From the NCBI GenBank assembly GCA_016187745.1, contig JACPJC010000001.1, positions 55,977 to 119,976 on the forward strand: 64,000 nt of DNA, written 5' to 3'. This DNA is from Candidatus Iainarchaeum sp. GTDB taxonomy: Archaea > Iainarchaeota > Iainarchaeia > Iainarchaeales > JAXPJC01. A program made the translations under genes and the position numbers. The notes beneath the pieces are model-generated. The model saw nothing but the letters and a program-made list of their open reading frames with translations. It was not told the origin of the DNA and did no database searches. Shown one piece after another: positions 1 through 9,999 of the stretch; positions within the stretch are counted from its first letter, which is position 1; every line of letters begins with the position of its first letter.

Positions 1-441
1 CGTCTAACTGCAGATCGCAATATATATTCAAGCGTATCTTCACAAGCGGTAATTGCTTTGGCAAAATTAGGATATCCCAAAACACCAATAATAGCAAATA
101 GGGTGGCTAAGATTGTAAGTCGTGCTGGACATAAATTTTCATTTTATACGTTAGAGCAAATTTATGAAGGCATTGCTAATGCAAAAGGCGGCCATATCCG
201 CAATTTATTTTCCATTGCAGAAACTAGGTTAAAATATCTGCCGGAGGATAAGAGGGCAGTTTTTAAGGCTGCAATTGCTCTTGGCAAAGTTCCACAAGAA
301 CAAGTGGAACCTCCGAAAGGAACACATTTTTGGGATGAGGAGTCCGCGAAAAAAGGAAAAATTGAGTTATTGTTTTATGATTGGGAAAACGCCGCAAAGA
401 CTTACACAAATGAGCAATTAATAAAGAGGTTTAATTTTTAA
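1..441 (+). CDS. 5'-truncated hypothetical protein with HEAT-like helical motifs
   Basis: Frame is open from position 1, with no stop upstream of the TTG at 58. Motifs 'SSQAVIALAKLG' and 'FKAAIALGKV' resemble HEAT/PBS-lyase repeats. Confidence 0.55.
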   Translation, partial: RLTADRNIYSSVSSQAVIALAKLGYPKTPIIANRVAKIVSRAGHKFSFYTLEQIYEGIANAKGGHIRNLFSIAETRLKYLPEDKRAVFKAAIALGKVPQEQVEPPKGTHFWDEESAKKGKIELLFYDWENAAKTYTNEQLIKRFNF

Positions 442-930
442 ATGCAGCTTACTTCAAGACGAAACCCTTACAAAATTCCAAGGGCGCTTTATTCTGAGAA
501 GTATAATGAATTGCCGCTTAAACAACAGAGGGCGGTACTCAGAACTCTGCATAAAACTCACAAGGGACTCTATCTCAGGGCGCATAATCTTGGCAAAGGA
601 ATTGAAAACCTCAATGAGGAGATTGCCAAGCTTAAGACGACAGGCCTATTGCCTGTTGGGCAGAAAGATCGCGCACAGTATATGCAACAGCTAGAACAAG
701 GGACGAGTCAGATTTTTGAAAGTAAAAAAATTCTTGCCTCAGAACTTAAAAAATTTGTTGCATATGCCAAACCATATTTTGGAGAATTCAATCCATTGGA
801 ATTTAGGTCAACTCCTAAGGCTGAAAATTATATAGAAAGAATGGTATATGAGACGGCAGGAGAAATTAGATACCTTACAGAGATTTATTATAGAGCACTA
901 AATAATTTACGATTATTGAAGCCAAGATAA
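442..930 (+). CDS. hypothetical helical protein (orphan)
   Basis: 162-aa ORF whose ATG abuts the upstream stop; no recognisable motif. Confidence 0.6.
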   Translation: MQLTSRRNPYKIPRALYSEKYNELPLKQQRAVLRTLHKTHKGLYLRAHNLGKGIENLNEEIAKLKTTGLLPVGQKDRAQYMQQLEQGTSQIFESKKILASELKKFVAYAKPYFGEFNPLEFRSTPKAENYIERMVYETAGEIRYLTEIYYRALNNLRLLKPR

Positions 931-942
931 AAATAATATTCA

Positions 943-1875
943 CTATTCTTCCTTCAGATTGCGCAGATACTCATAGGCTGAAGTTGCGGCAATCGCGCCG
1001 CGAGAAACCGCAGTTGTGAACTGGCGCAGGCCTCCGCAAACATCGCCTGCGGCAAAAATCCCGGGAAGGGAGGTCCTGCAGTGCTCGTCAATTTTTATAT
1101 ATCCCCTTTCATCAATCCGCACGCCAATATGCTTTGCAAGCCCCGCATTCGGGCACAGGCCGGCATAAATGAAAACCCCGTCAACCGGAATTTCGGAAAT
1201 TTCATTCGTCTTTTTGTTTTTTATCATTATTTTTTCCACATTCCCGTTTCCTGAAATCTCAGCCACTTCGGAATCCAGGATAATTTTTATGTTTGGAGCC
1301 TTTTCTATCCTGTGCAAATAGATTTTTTCAGCGCTGATTTCGCCCATGTTGTGTATGATGCTAACTTCCCTGCATATTTCGCTGAGATAAATTGCGGCGC
1401 TTACCCCTGAATTGCCCGCCCCAACAACTGCAACTCTTTTTCCTGCAAAGAACGCGCCGTCGCACACAACGCAATAGCTCACTCCGCTGCCGAGAAGTTC
1501 GGATTCCCCCGGCACATTCAACTTTGCATATTCCGTTCCAGTTGCAAGCACTACCGCCCTTGATTTTATGCGCGCGCCGTCGGCAAACAAAATCTCAAAT
1601 TCTTTTCCATTTTTATTTATCCCTTTAACTTCCTTCCCCTTCTCAACATCAACATCCAGGTGCCTGAGCTGCGCATCAAAATTCCCGCACAAATTGCTTC
1701 CGGAAATGCTCGCAAATCCCGGGAAATTCTCAATCAGCACAATATTGCATGCCTGCCCGCCGATTTCCGCATTCCTCTCATATAATTTCACATTCAGCCC
1801 GCGGCGCTTTGCGTATATTGCTGCAGAAATTCCCGCGGCTCCGCTTCCGATAATTGCGAGGTCTATTGTCTGCAT
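943..1875 (-). CDS. trxB: thioredoxin-disulfide reductase
   Basis: GSGAAG FAD motif, SYCVVCDG redox CxxC, GAGNSG NADPH motif, GIFAAGD. Confidence 0.93.
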   Translation of the reverse strand: MQTIDLAIIGSGAAGISAAIYAKRRGLNVKLYERNAEIGGQACNIVLIENFPGFASISGSNLCGNFDAQLRHLDVDVEKGKEVKGINKNGKEFEILFADGARIKSRAVVLATGTEYAKLNVPGESELLGSGVSYCVVCDGAFFAGKRVAVVGAGNSGVSAAIYLSEICREVSIIHNMGEISAEKIYLHRIEKAPNIKIILDSEVAEISGNGNVEKIMIKNKKTNEISEIPVDGVFIYAGLCPNAGLAKHIGVRIDERGYIKIDEHCRTSLPGIFAAGDVCGGLRQFTTAVSRGAIAATSAYEYLRNLKEE

Positions 1876-2003
1876 GTTTATTCACTAATAAAAGAAATAG
1901 AAAAGATATAAAAGCTAATTAGGGCGATATAGCGGCGCCAATAGTTTAAAAAACACAGGAAGAATATATCATAACTAACCATTGAACTATTTTGGGGAGA
2001 CAA

Positions 2004-2507
2004 ATGATTGTTATTGTAATGGGCGTTACCGGATCAGGCAAAACAACCATAGGCAAAATGCTTGCTGAAGAGCTCGGATGGGGCTTCTATGAAGGGGATG
2101 AATTCCACCCTGCAGGCAATGTTGACAGAATGAAGAAAGGAATCCCGTTAAACGATAACGACAGAACGCCCTGGCTGAATACAATTAGGAAATTAATTAT
2201 GAAATGTATTAAAGAAAAAGAAAATGCAATAATAACCTGCTCGGCTTTAAAGGAGTCTTACCGTAATTTATTAATGACGGATGATAAAGAGATAAAATTA
2301 GTATATCTTAAGGGGGATTTCAATGTGATTCAGAAAAGATTAAAGAATAAAAACCGTAAAAACCACTTTATGAATCCAAATCTGTTGAAAAGCCAATTTG
2401 ATGCCCTTGAAGAGCCCAAAAATGCATTAGAGGTAGACATTTCCAAAAAGCCGAAGATTATTGCCGAATCCATTAAATCAGAATTAACTTTGCTGCTTTG
2501 CGCCTGA
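2004..2507 (+). CDS. gntK: gluconokinase (GntK/IdnK family)
   Basis: MGVTGSGKTT P-loop, EGDEFHP, PLNDNDRTPW, CSALK, HFM..LL.SQF motifs. ATG at 2004 follows a GGGGAG RBS. Confidence 0.9.
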   Translation: MIVIVMGVTGSGKTTIGKMLAEELGWGFYEGDEFHPAGNVDRMKKGIPLNDNDRTPWLNTIRKLIMKCIKEKENAIITCSALKESYRNLLMTDDKEIKLVYLKGDFNVIQKRLKNKNRKNHFMNPNLLKSQFDALEEPKNALEVDISKKPKIIAESIKSELTLLLCA

Positions 2508-4013
2508 GGCAAGCGCCTGCGCTTCCATGTCTCCGGAAATGAAGTGCTTGACGCCTTTTCTGAATATGTAGAGCAGGGCAATCACCGCAGCAATAATTAT
2601 GCCAAGGACAATGTCGCCCGCGCCTACGGCAAGCCCTGCAAAGCTGAGCGCGCCCGCAGGAACATTTATTGTTTTTGAAGCGAATTTCTTCCCTGAGGCA
2701 ATCACATCAAAGCTCACATCCCCCGAAGCAACCTTGGGCTTTGTGACTTTCATTTCCACTACAATTTCCTCCCCGGGAGCAATGTTGAAATGGTTTGGGG
2801 AAAATTCCGCTGAGAACTCAGGCGGCATTGCTGTTATGTCAAAATGCACATCAGTAAGTGTTTCTGCAGTTGTGTTTTTTATCGGCTGCCTTATTGCAAC
2901 TGTTTCAATGCCTGAAACCTCAGGCTCTGCAGGCGCAGCGATTGGCGCAGCTGCTTCCCTTACTTCAACAGTGAATTCCACTACCCTGCTGATTTCCCCA
3001 TTGAAATAAATTCTCGCGGGGTAAATTCCGGGAAGCGCGCCCTGCGCAGCCCTAATAGTGAATGGAAGGCTTGAGCTCTCCCCTGCGCCAATATCTATTG
3101 CATTTGATTTAAGCTGTATCAGCTCCGAGCTTGAAGTCAGGGCAAAATGAAGCGCGTCATATCCTGTGTTTGTTATAAGCACTGAGGAATTGCTGTCAGT
3201 TCCTGAATTCAGCGCATAAACCGCATATGGCACGTCTATTTTTGCATCATAGAGCGGCTTTGCAAGGATTGCAATTTCGCCAAGGTTGAACTGCAGGTTT
3301 GTCGCAAGGTCAAGCAGCGCAATTCCAATTCCATAATTTCCCGGCTGCAGGCCTGAATTGCTTTTTGCATTTATATATATGCTGTACGTGCAGTTCATGC
3401 ACACATTGTATGCAATCAGGGGATTTGCGCTCAGATCAATTCCTTCCGGGACATTGAAAAACACCACATTGAAGTCCGAGGCGCTTCCTGAATTCCTGAA
3501 GCTCACAATTGTGCTTTCATTGTCATTCTTTGCCATTATCAGCGCAGGATTGCTGAATTTCACTGCCGAAATGATTGGGGAAATATTCGAATTTGCGCTT
3601 GTTGTGTAAAGGTAGTCTGAGGATTCTGAAACTTCCACAACAATTACCCCGCTTGCGCTCCTTTCCCTCCCGAATTCATCAGCCGCCTTTATTTTCATCT
3701 CAAGGTTGTAGATTCCCGGAAACGCGTCTTCGGCAACCTCAATGCCATAATCAAATGTGTAGGAATCCTGCATCTTTATGGGGGAAAAGTCCCCAACGAG
3801 CTGCACCTTTGGATAATCCCCGGCTTCAGTATAAACAGTTGTAAGCTGATTTGCGCCTTCCACTCCATAAGTTGCGCTAATCGGATAAGTGCTGCCCTGC
3901 TGCATCTCAACCCTGGCGGGGCTTACTTCCATGCTCAGGTAGAGGGCGTTTGCCGTGCCAGCATAGATTATGAGCGCAATGCCGACAAATGCGAAAAACA
4001 ATTTGAAGGTCAT
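2484..4013 (-). CDS. membrane-anchored cell-surface protein with Ig-like (NEW3/CARDB-like) repeats
   Basis: N-terminal signal peptide (..TANA), repeated 'N.G....F' and 'PG.Y' beta-sandwich motifs, C-terminal TM helix with basic tail. Confidence 0.8.
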   Translation of the reverse strand: MTFKLFFAFVGIALIIYAGTANALYLSMEVSPARVEMQQGSTYPISATYGVEGANQLTTVYTEAGDYPKVQLVGDFSPIKMQDSYTFDYGIEVAEDAFPGIYNLEMKIKAADEFGRERSASGVIVVEVSESSDYLYTTSANSNISPIISAVKFSNPALIMAKNDNESTIVSFRNSGSASDFNVVFFNVPEGIDLSANPLIAYNVCMNCTYSIYINAKSNSGLQPGNYGIGIALLDLATNLQFNLGEIAILAKPLYDAKIDVPYAVYALNSGTDSNSSVLITNTGYDALHFALTSSSELIQLKSNAIDIGAGESSSLPFTIRAAQGALPGIYPARIYFNGEISRVVEFTVEVREAAAPIAAPAEPEVSGIETVAIRQPIKNTTAETLTDVHFDITAMPPEFSAEFSPNHFNIAPGEEIVVEMKVTKPKVASGDVSFDVIASGKKFASKTINVPAGALSFAGLAVGAGDIVLGIIIAAVIALLYIFRKGVKHFISGDMEAQALASGAKQQS

Positions 4014-4098
4014 TTAATTCACTCCATAACGTTAATACATATATACTATGGTTTCCGGCATTTATAAGGCTTTCCTATCTGAAAAAAATCAGGCAAAT

Positions 4099-7000
4099 TC
4101 AGCGCTTTTGCGCGTGGAAAAAAGGCCTTGAAGGCATCCTTTGCTTTGAGAGCCTGAGGGCAAGGGCAAACGCAATAATGATAACAAGAGCCAGCAGGCC
4201 CAATCCCAGTGAAGGGCCCAAAGCAAACAATCCCACAAGCGCGCCCTCAGGGGATTCCTTTCCCGCGGCGGATTCCCTTACATAGAGAACCATGGGCTTT
4301 TCCGAAACATACTTGTCGCTTGCGGCCCTGAGCGTCAATCCCCAATCCCCAATTCCCGCATTTGATGCGAGTTTTATTGTTCCAATTGCGGTAATTGTTG
4401 AATTCGCATCAACGTTCCCTGTGTCTATCGAATTAAAGTAAATGTTGCCCGGCAATCCCTCTATTGAAATGCTGATGTTTGTTATTTTCTCGTTTGTCGG
4501 GTTTGTTATTATGAATGTGAGCTGCTGCTCCGCGCCCTGGTTCAAATCAATTACTTGCGGATAGCTCTCAATGCGCAATACATTCTCCTGCAGTATCCTC
4601 TCCGAAACAACTTCAAATGCAATGGCAATCTCCTTTGTTGCGTATGCGCCTGATGCTTTGAGCGTTATGCTTTTTGCCCCGGCATTTGCGTCCGCTGAAA
4701 CATCAATCTTTATGCTAACCTGCTTGGAGTTTCCCGCATTCAGGTATATGTTTGAGTCTGAAAGCGCAGCGCTTATTCCGTCATAGCCCTCTGAAACCGA
4801 GAGCGTGTAATCCTCGCCGTAATCCCCTATGTTCTTAACAAGCGCGTAAAGCTCATCGGCAGAATTGCGCTTTATCTGCAGGCCGGGGTTCAGTGCGCTT
4901 AATTCCGTTGCGTGCGCATTTGCGACATTTATGCACACTATCCTTTTCGCATAGGATTCCGCATCATAGGCAAACAATTCAATGTTATGGGTTCCTGCAG
5001 AACTCCCAAGCAGAGTTGTTATTTTGACTGAATTTGAGTATGTTGAGCCGCCCTCAATTGAGAATGCGGAAGTTTTCACTTCGGAAATAAGGTCCCCGTC
5101 CGCGGTCGCATTTATTGAAAGTTTTTCATCGGAGATGTTCCCTACGCTGAACGGAATTTCCATTGAGGAGTTCTTGTTCATGTCAATGCATCCGGCATTC
5201 ACATCAAGCGTGAATTCCGCAGCCTGCGTTTCAGCGCAGTCAATCACATTGAAATATATGTCCTCCCTAACGGAGTTGTTTCCCAGAAGCGCGGTTGCCG
5301 CAATCTTGTAATTGTCAGCGATTTTTGTTGTTGAATTTGTCCTTATTGCAAGTTCCGCATACTGCTGGCTGCCTGTTGGCAGCAATAAATTGTCAGGCGA
5401 AAAATACGGAAGGAACATTTCGGATTCCGCCTTGAGCACAATCGCATTCTGGTCATAGTAGTTGTTTTTCAGGAGCACGTTTATTTTTCCTGTAGAGCCC
5501 CTGCATATGCTTGCTGTGCTTGCGCTCAATTCAACTGCGGGAGTCTGCTCGATTCTAACCCCGATAATGCTTGAAACGCTTTCTGTTGCCGAGGCGGAAT
5601 AGGTTGCGGTAAATGTCGCGCTATAGCCCCCATAAACTGCATCGCTCGTTGCGCTTATTCCCAAAGAAACAGTGCTCTGCTCATTTCCGTTAAGGCACAG
5701 GGATGATGTATTAAGGGCTGTTTTCACATACGGGCTGCTTGAGCTTGCGCTAAAGGTCATGCATATTTTGGAACTGGAAGTGTTTTTTACCGTGAAGCCC
5801 GCGCTTTCATTATCCCCCTTGTCAAGCTCATAATTTATGAATATCGCATCCAGGTCTATTTTTGTGAGGCTTTCCTTTATATTAATGTAATAATTATAGG
5901 GTTCGCGGTTTGCGCCGTAATCAAGGTTCAATGTTATGCCGTATTTTCCGACTGCGGCAGAATCCCCTGCGCTTACAGCCAATGATACCGCTGTTGAGGA
6001 ATTCGCATCAATGCAGGGGTTGTTGGGGGAAGCGCTTGCCGAAATTGCGGAATCCGTGCTCTGCGCAGTTATCAGCGGGCATATCTGCGACGCCGAGTTG
6101 TTCTTTATTGTCACGCTTGCGCCTGACTGCTCCCCAATCTCAACATCAAGTTCTGAAGGTGAGAACTGCACTGAAAAATTTCCGATTACATTCACATTGA
6201 AGCTTGCATTTGCATAAAAGCCCCCGGAGTCAGTAACCCTCACAGTTACGGTATTCGTTCCCAGGGAATTTGCATCCGGCGCAGCGCAGCTCACATTCTG
6301 GTTCGAGGTTATTGAGCAGTTCAGCAGATTTGAATCGCTCTGCGAAACAATTGTGAATGCCAATTGCGCGTCTGCGCTTTCCGCATCGCTAGCATATGCC
6401 CATAAATCAATCAAATTCGCCTGCGCGCCTGAATTGACTAAAACATTCCTGTCGGGCAGCGCAGAAATCTGCGGGGCGGTATTCGCAAGGACAGTGAAGC
6501 TCCAGCCCGCGCTTGAGTAATTGCCAAGGGAATCAGAAGCAGTAATTGCCGCATCAACCTGCTGATTGTAGGCAAATTGCGCGCTTGGGGTAAATGTAAC
6601 AGCGCCATTGTTATAGCTCAACTGGGAATTTGCAAGAGTGTAATCGATCCCTTCAACAGCCATTGTGATGGAATTTATATTGATGCCTGAAGCATCGCTC
6701 AATTGCGCGCTTATGGGCTGCATCAGGTTAGTGCTTATTGACCCGTTTGCGGGATTAAAGTTTGCTATTGCCGGCCCTGTGTTGTCAATGGCAAAATTGC
6801 CGTCGCTGTAGCCGGTTATTGTTTCATAGCCGATTATTCCATCGCCCATATCAACAGTGCCGGTAATGCTCACATCAAGGAAGTAATTGCCGTCTGCGAA
6901 GCCGCCTGTTGATGAATAGGAAGAGCATGCAAACGAATTTCCTGAACTGTCGCAGTTGGATGGGTCATACATGTCAAAATCTGAAAACACTACATAGCTG

Positions 7001-8013
7001 TAGCCGTTGCTGATGTTTGCATCATTGTCAAGGTAAATGCCCGCCCCGTTCAAATTAGGCCCTATGCCTTCGGATGTGAAGTATGCGGAAAGGCTGCTGC
7101 TGAAATATATCCCCGAATAGGGATAATCAACCTGCACGCTCTGCGCATTTGCTGAAGCGAGCATGAAAATTGCAAGGAACAAAATTGCGGCATAGTGGAT
7201 TTTCTTCCCCTGCGCCCTGTGCACAAACCTCGCAATGAAGGAAATCAGCAGAAGCGCCGCAACTATTGCAAGCAGTATGTCAAGCGCAAGCTCCGGGCTT
7301 ATTTTCGGGAAAAGCGCAGCAAATCCCGCAATAGCGCCCTTGGCATCGTATTTCAGCGCAATCCTCTCGGAATGCCCGAAGCCAAGCGCGGAGAATTTCA
7401 GCATTGCATTCCCGTCAAATGAGCTAGCAGGCCTGAGAAGTATTGTCTGGGTTCTTGTTTCAAGCGCAGGAATCTTCAATTTGAATGTTTTCGGGCTCAC
7501 ATTCCAGTCCGAGGGAATGCCTTCAATCCCTGAAAATTCCAATTCCATATCCTGGACTGTTTTGTTGTATGCGGTAACATCAATCCAGAATGTGTTTTCG
7601 TCCCTGCCAACATTATAATTCGAATTCAGTGTAACCTTTGCCGGGAAATCATCAAGCGCATAGAATTTAAGGGTTATTTCCCTTGTTTCAATATTGCTGC
7701 CAAGGGAAACCTGCAGGTTCGCCTTCTGCTGTATTCCCACAAATTCAGTTTTCGGGTAAAGCAGCATTTTTATTCCGGCGGATTTGTTCGCGTCAATTGA
7801 AGCCGGAAGCGCGCCTTCAATCTCATAATCAATCGGCGCAAAGAGCTTCACTCCCAGCGTTTGCGCAGTTGCATAATTGTTTGTTACTGTAAGTGTAAGC
7901 TCTTCAGGCATCTGGTTGAACTGCACTACGTTGTTAACTGAAATCGCAGCGCTTGCGCTCAGCGCCAGCAATAGCGCAAAAAGCAATACTGCAATAATCC
8001 TTACCCCGAACAT
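4099..8013 (-). CDS. large (1304 aa) cell-surface/S-layer-like protein with multiple Ig-like domains
   Basis: Signal peptide (..SASA), S/T/N/A-rich beta repeats, internal double hydrophobic segment, C-terminal TM plus basic tail. Confidence 0.82.
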   Translation of the reverse strand: MFGVRIIAVLLFALLLALSASAAISVNNVVQFNQMPEELTLTVTNNYATAQTLGVKLFAPIDYEIEGALPASIDANKSAGIKMLLYPKTEFVGIQQKANLQVSLGSNIETREITLKFYALDDFPAKVTLNSNYNVGRDENTFWIDVTAYNKTVQDMELEFSGIEGIPSDWNVSPKTFKLKIPALETRTQTILLRPASSFDGNAMLKFSALGFGHSERIALKYDAKGAIAGFAALFPKISPELALDILLAIVAALLLISFIARFVHRAQGKKIHYAAILFLAIFMLASANAQSVQVDYPYSGIYFSSSLSAYFTSEGIGPNLNGAGIYLDNDANISNGYSYVVFSDFDMYDPSNCDSSGNSFACSSYSSTGGFADGNYFLDVSITGTVDMGDGIIGYETITGYSDGNFAIDNTGPAIANFNPANGSISTNLMQPISAQLSDASGININSITMAVEGIDYTLANSQLSYNNGAVTFTPSAQFAYNQQVDAAITASDSLGNYSSAGWSFTVLANTAPQISALPDRNVLVNSGAQANLIDLWAYASDAESADAQLAFTIVSQSDSNLLNCSITSNQNVSCAAPDANSLGTNTVTVRVTDSGGFYANASFNVNVIGNFSVQFSPSELDVEIGEQSGASVTIKNNSASQICPLITAQSTDSAISASASPNNPCIDANSSTAVSLAVSAGDSAAVGKYGITLNLDYGANREPYNYYINIKESLTKIDLDAIFINYELDKGDNESAGFTVKNTSSSKICMTFSASSSSPYVKTALNTSSLCLNGNEQSTVSLGISATSDAVYGGYSATFTATYSASATESVSSIIGVRIEQTPAVELSASTASICRGSTGKINVLLKNNYYDQNAIVLKAESEMFLPYFSPDNLLLPTGSQQYAELAIRTNSTTKIADNYKIAATALLGNNSVREDIYFNVIDCAETQAAEFTLDVNAGCIDMNKNSSMEIPFSVGNISDEKLSINATADGDLISEVKTSAFSIEGGSTYSNSVKITTLLGSSAGTHNIELFAYDAESYAKRIVCINVANAHATELSALNPGLQIKRNSADELYALVKNIGDYGEDYTLSVSEGYDGISAALSDSNIYLNAGNSKQVSIKIDVSADANAGAKSITLKASGAYATKEIAIAFEVVSERILQENVLRIESYPQVIDLNQGAEQQLTFIITNPTNEKITNISISIEGLPGNIYFNSIDTGNVDANSTITAIGTIKLASNAGIGDWGLTLRAASDKYVSEKPMVLYVRESAAGKESPEGALVGLFALGPSLGLGLLALVIIIAFALALRLSKQRMPSRPFFHAQKR

Positions 8014-8104
8014 AAGCTCACAATTAACTGATTAACATTAATTAAGTATAATAATTAGCAGTCAAAGTTGTATATAAACCCTGCTGTTTTGGCAAGCCAG
8101 GGGG

Positions 8105-8680
8105 CTAAGGGCGCTTCCCCGCCACAATCGCGCCTAGGAGGTCGGTTTTTGTTATGATTCCCGCGATTCCGCCGTGCTTTGCGACCAGGACAGCAGGATA
8201 ATGCTCGAGCATTGCGGCTATCATCTCCTGCGGCGAATTTTCCTGTATCATGGGCGGGGAATCCTCCATTATCTGCCTTACCGGAAGCTCGGCAATGCTC
8301 TTTTGCCTGCCGGAGTAATCCTGCCCTGTTTCAATTATCCTTTTTTCCGAAATCATCCCCACCACTTTTCCGGAATCAACAACAGGCAGCTGGCTTATGC
8401 TGTGCCTGCGCATTATGATTATTACATTCTTTATTCTCTCATTTGCCTTCACATCTATTACGTGCTTATGCATTATGTCCTTCGCTGTTTTCACATCCGT
8501 GCGCTTTGCGGAATCAAGCGCATTCAGAATCTTCTTCGCATTCCCATAGCCGGGAACGAGATTTCCGGATTCTATTTTTGCAATGAGCGACTGGGAAACG
8601 CCCGCAAGCTTCGCCAGTCCGGTTTGCGTCAGCCCCAGATGCATGCGCCTTAATTTTATCTCATCCAGCTCGGGAAGCAT
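8105..8680 (-). CDS. XRE-type HTH transcriptional regulator with C-terminal CBS pair
   Basis: LGLTQTGLAKLAGVSQSLIAKIESG HTH; ISQLPVV and GIITKTDLL CBS motifs. ATG at 8680 preferred over TTG at 8698. Confidence 0.88.
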   Translation of the reverse strand: MLPELDEIKLRRMHLGLTQTGLAKLAGVSQSLIAKIESGNLVPGYGNAKKILNALDSAKRTDVKTAKDIMHKHVIDVKANERIKNVIIIMRRHSISQLPVVDSGKVVGMISEKRIIETGQDYSGRQKSIAELPVRQIMEDSPPMIQENSPQEMIAAMLEHYPAVLVAKHGGIAGIITKTDLLGAIVAGKRP

Positions 8681-8711
8681 GTTCTGATTATGTACCAAAA
8701 CCCTTTTAATT

Positions 8712-8731
8712 ATTATTCTTAAAGGAATAAT
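8712..8731. promoter_or_regulatory. candidate operator palindrome between HTH-CBS gene and metK
   Basis: ATTATTC-ttaaag-GAATAAT perfect 7-bp inverted repeat in the divergent intergenic region. The AT-rich context lowers significance. Confidence 0.3.
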
Positions 8732-8827
8732 TCTTGCAAATAATTATTATTTATAAATATTTTGAACTTCCCTAATACTGTAAATTATCAAATATTTCAA
8801 ATCAATAAAAAAGGAGTTGATTGAAAA

Positions 8828-9988
8828 ATGAGATGCGGGGGATTTTTGTTTACCAGCGAGGCGATGACCGAGGGCCATCCGGACAAGGTCTGCGACCAGA
8901 TTGCGGATGCGGTTCTCGACAAGATACTTGCGGACGACCCTTACGGAAGGGTTGCGTGCGAGGTAATGGCCGGAATGGGGTTCATTATTGTTACAGGGGA
9001 AATAACAACAAAGACCTATGTTGATGTGCAGAAGATTGTAAGAGGCGTGCTTGAGCACATAGGCTATACAAAGCCCGAATACGGCTTTGACTATCACACC
9101 GTTGGAGTGCTTACAGCAATACACGAGCAGAGCCCGGACATTTCACAGGGAGTTACTAAAAAGACCCCTAAGGAAGTGGGTGCAGGGGACCAGGGGATGA
9201 TGTCAGGCTATGCGACAAACGAAACGCCTGAATTGATGCCTTTGCCGATTACCCTTGCGCACAAGATTGCGAAGCGCGCCACGGAATTGAGAAAGAACGG
9301 CACCCTTAAGTATTTGAGGCCTGACGGGAAAATGCAGGTTACAATAGAATATGACAAGGACAAGCCGGTGCGCGCGGATTCGGTTGTCGTTGCCGTCCAG
9401 CACGACCCTGATGTTACCTTGGAGCAGCTGCGCGAGGATGTGAAAGAGCACATAATAAAGCCCGTTGTCGGAAAATACCTTGATGAAAGGACAAAATACT
9501 ACATCAACAACACGGGGCGCTTTGTTATTGGCGGCCCAGTAGCGGATTCAGGCTGCACGGGAAGGAAAATAATCCAGGACACATATGGCGGCGTGGGAAA
9601 TCACGGCGGCGGCGCCTTCTCAGGGAAAGACCCCACAAAGGTTGACAGGAGCGCTGCATACTATGCAAGATATGTTGCAAAGAACATTGTTGCAGCGGGG
9701 CTTGCGGACCGCTGTGAAGTACAGCTTTCATACGTGATTGGCGGAACTGAGCCTCTCAGCATATTCATTGACATGCACAAAACGAACAAGGTAGATCCGC
9801 ACAGGATATATGATGCGGTGTGCAAGCACTTCAAGTTCGGCCCAGGGGAGATAATTGAGGAACTGCAATTGCGCAGGCCGATATTCAGCAAAACCACAGT
9901 CTACGGCCACTTCGGAAGGAACGAGCCGGAATTCATATGGGAAAAGACCGACAGGGCCGAGCTTCTGAAAAAGGAATGTGGGCTTTAA
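8828..9988 (+). CDS. metK: S-adenosylmethionine synthetase, bacterial/eukaryotic type
   Basis: [39 protein letters not shown] signature motifs. Confidence 0.97.
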   Translation: MRCGGFLFTSEAMTEGHPDKVCDQIADAVLDKILADDPYGRVACEVMAGMGFIIVTGEITTKTYVDVQKIVRGVLEHIGYTKPEYGFDYHTVGVLTAIHEQSPDISQGVTKKTPKEVGAGDQGMMSGYATNETPELMPLPITLAHKIAKRATELRKNGTLKYLRPDGKMQVTIEYDKDKPVRADSVVVAVQHDPDVTLEQLREDVKEHIIKPVVGKYLDERTKYYINNTGRFVIGGPVADSGCTGRKIIQDTYGGVGNHGGGAFSGKDPTKVDRSAAYYARYVAKNIVAAGLADRCEVQLSYVIGGTEPLSIFIDMHKTNKVDPHRIYDAVCKHFKFGPGEIIEELQLRRPIFSKTTVYGHFGRNEPEFIWEKTDRAELLKKECGL

Positions 9989-9999
9989 GAAATGGGGTT

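Noticed and set aside
8699-8827. SAM riboswitch upstream of metK
   Set aside because: The region is very AT-rich with no recognisable SAM-I/II/III core and too short a leader.
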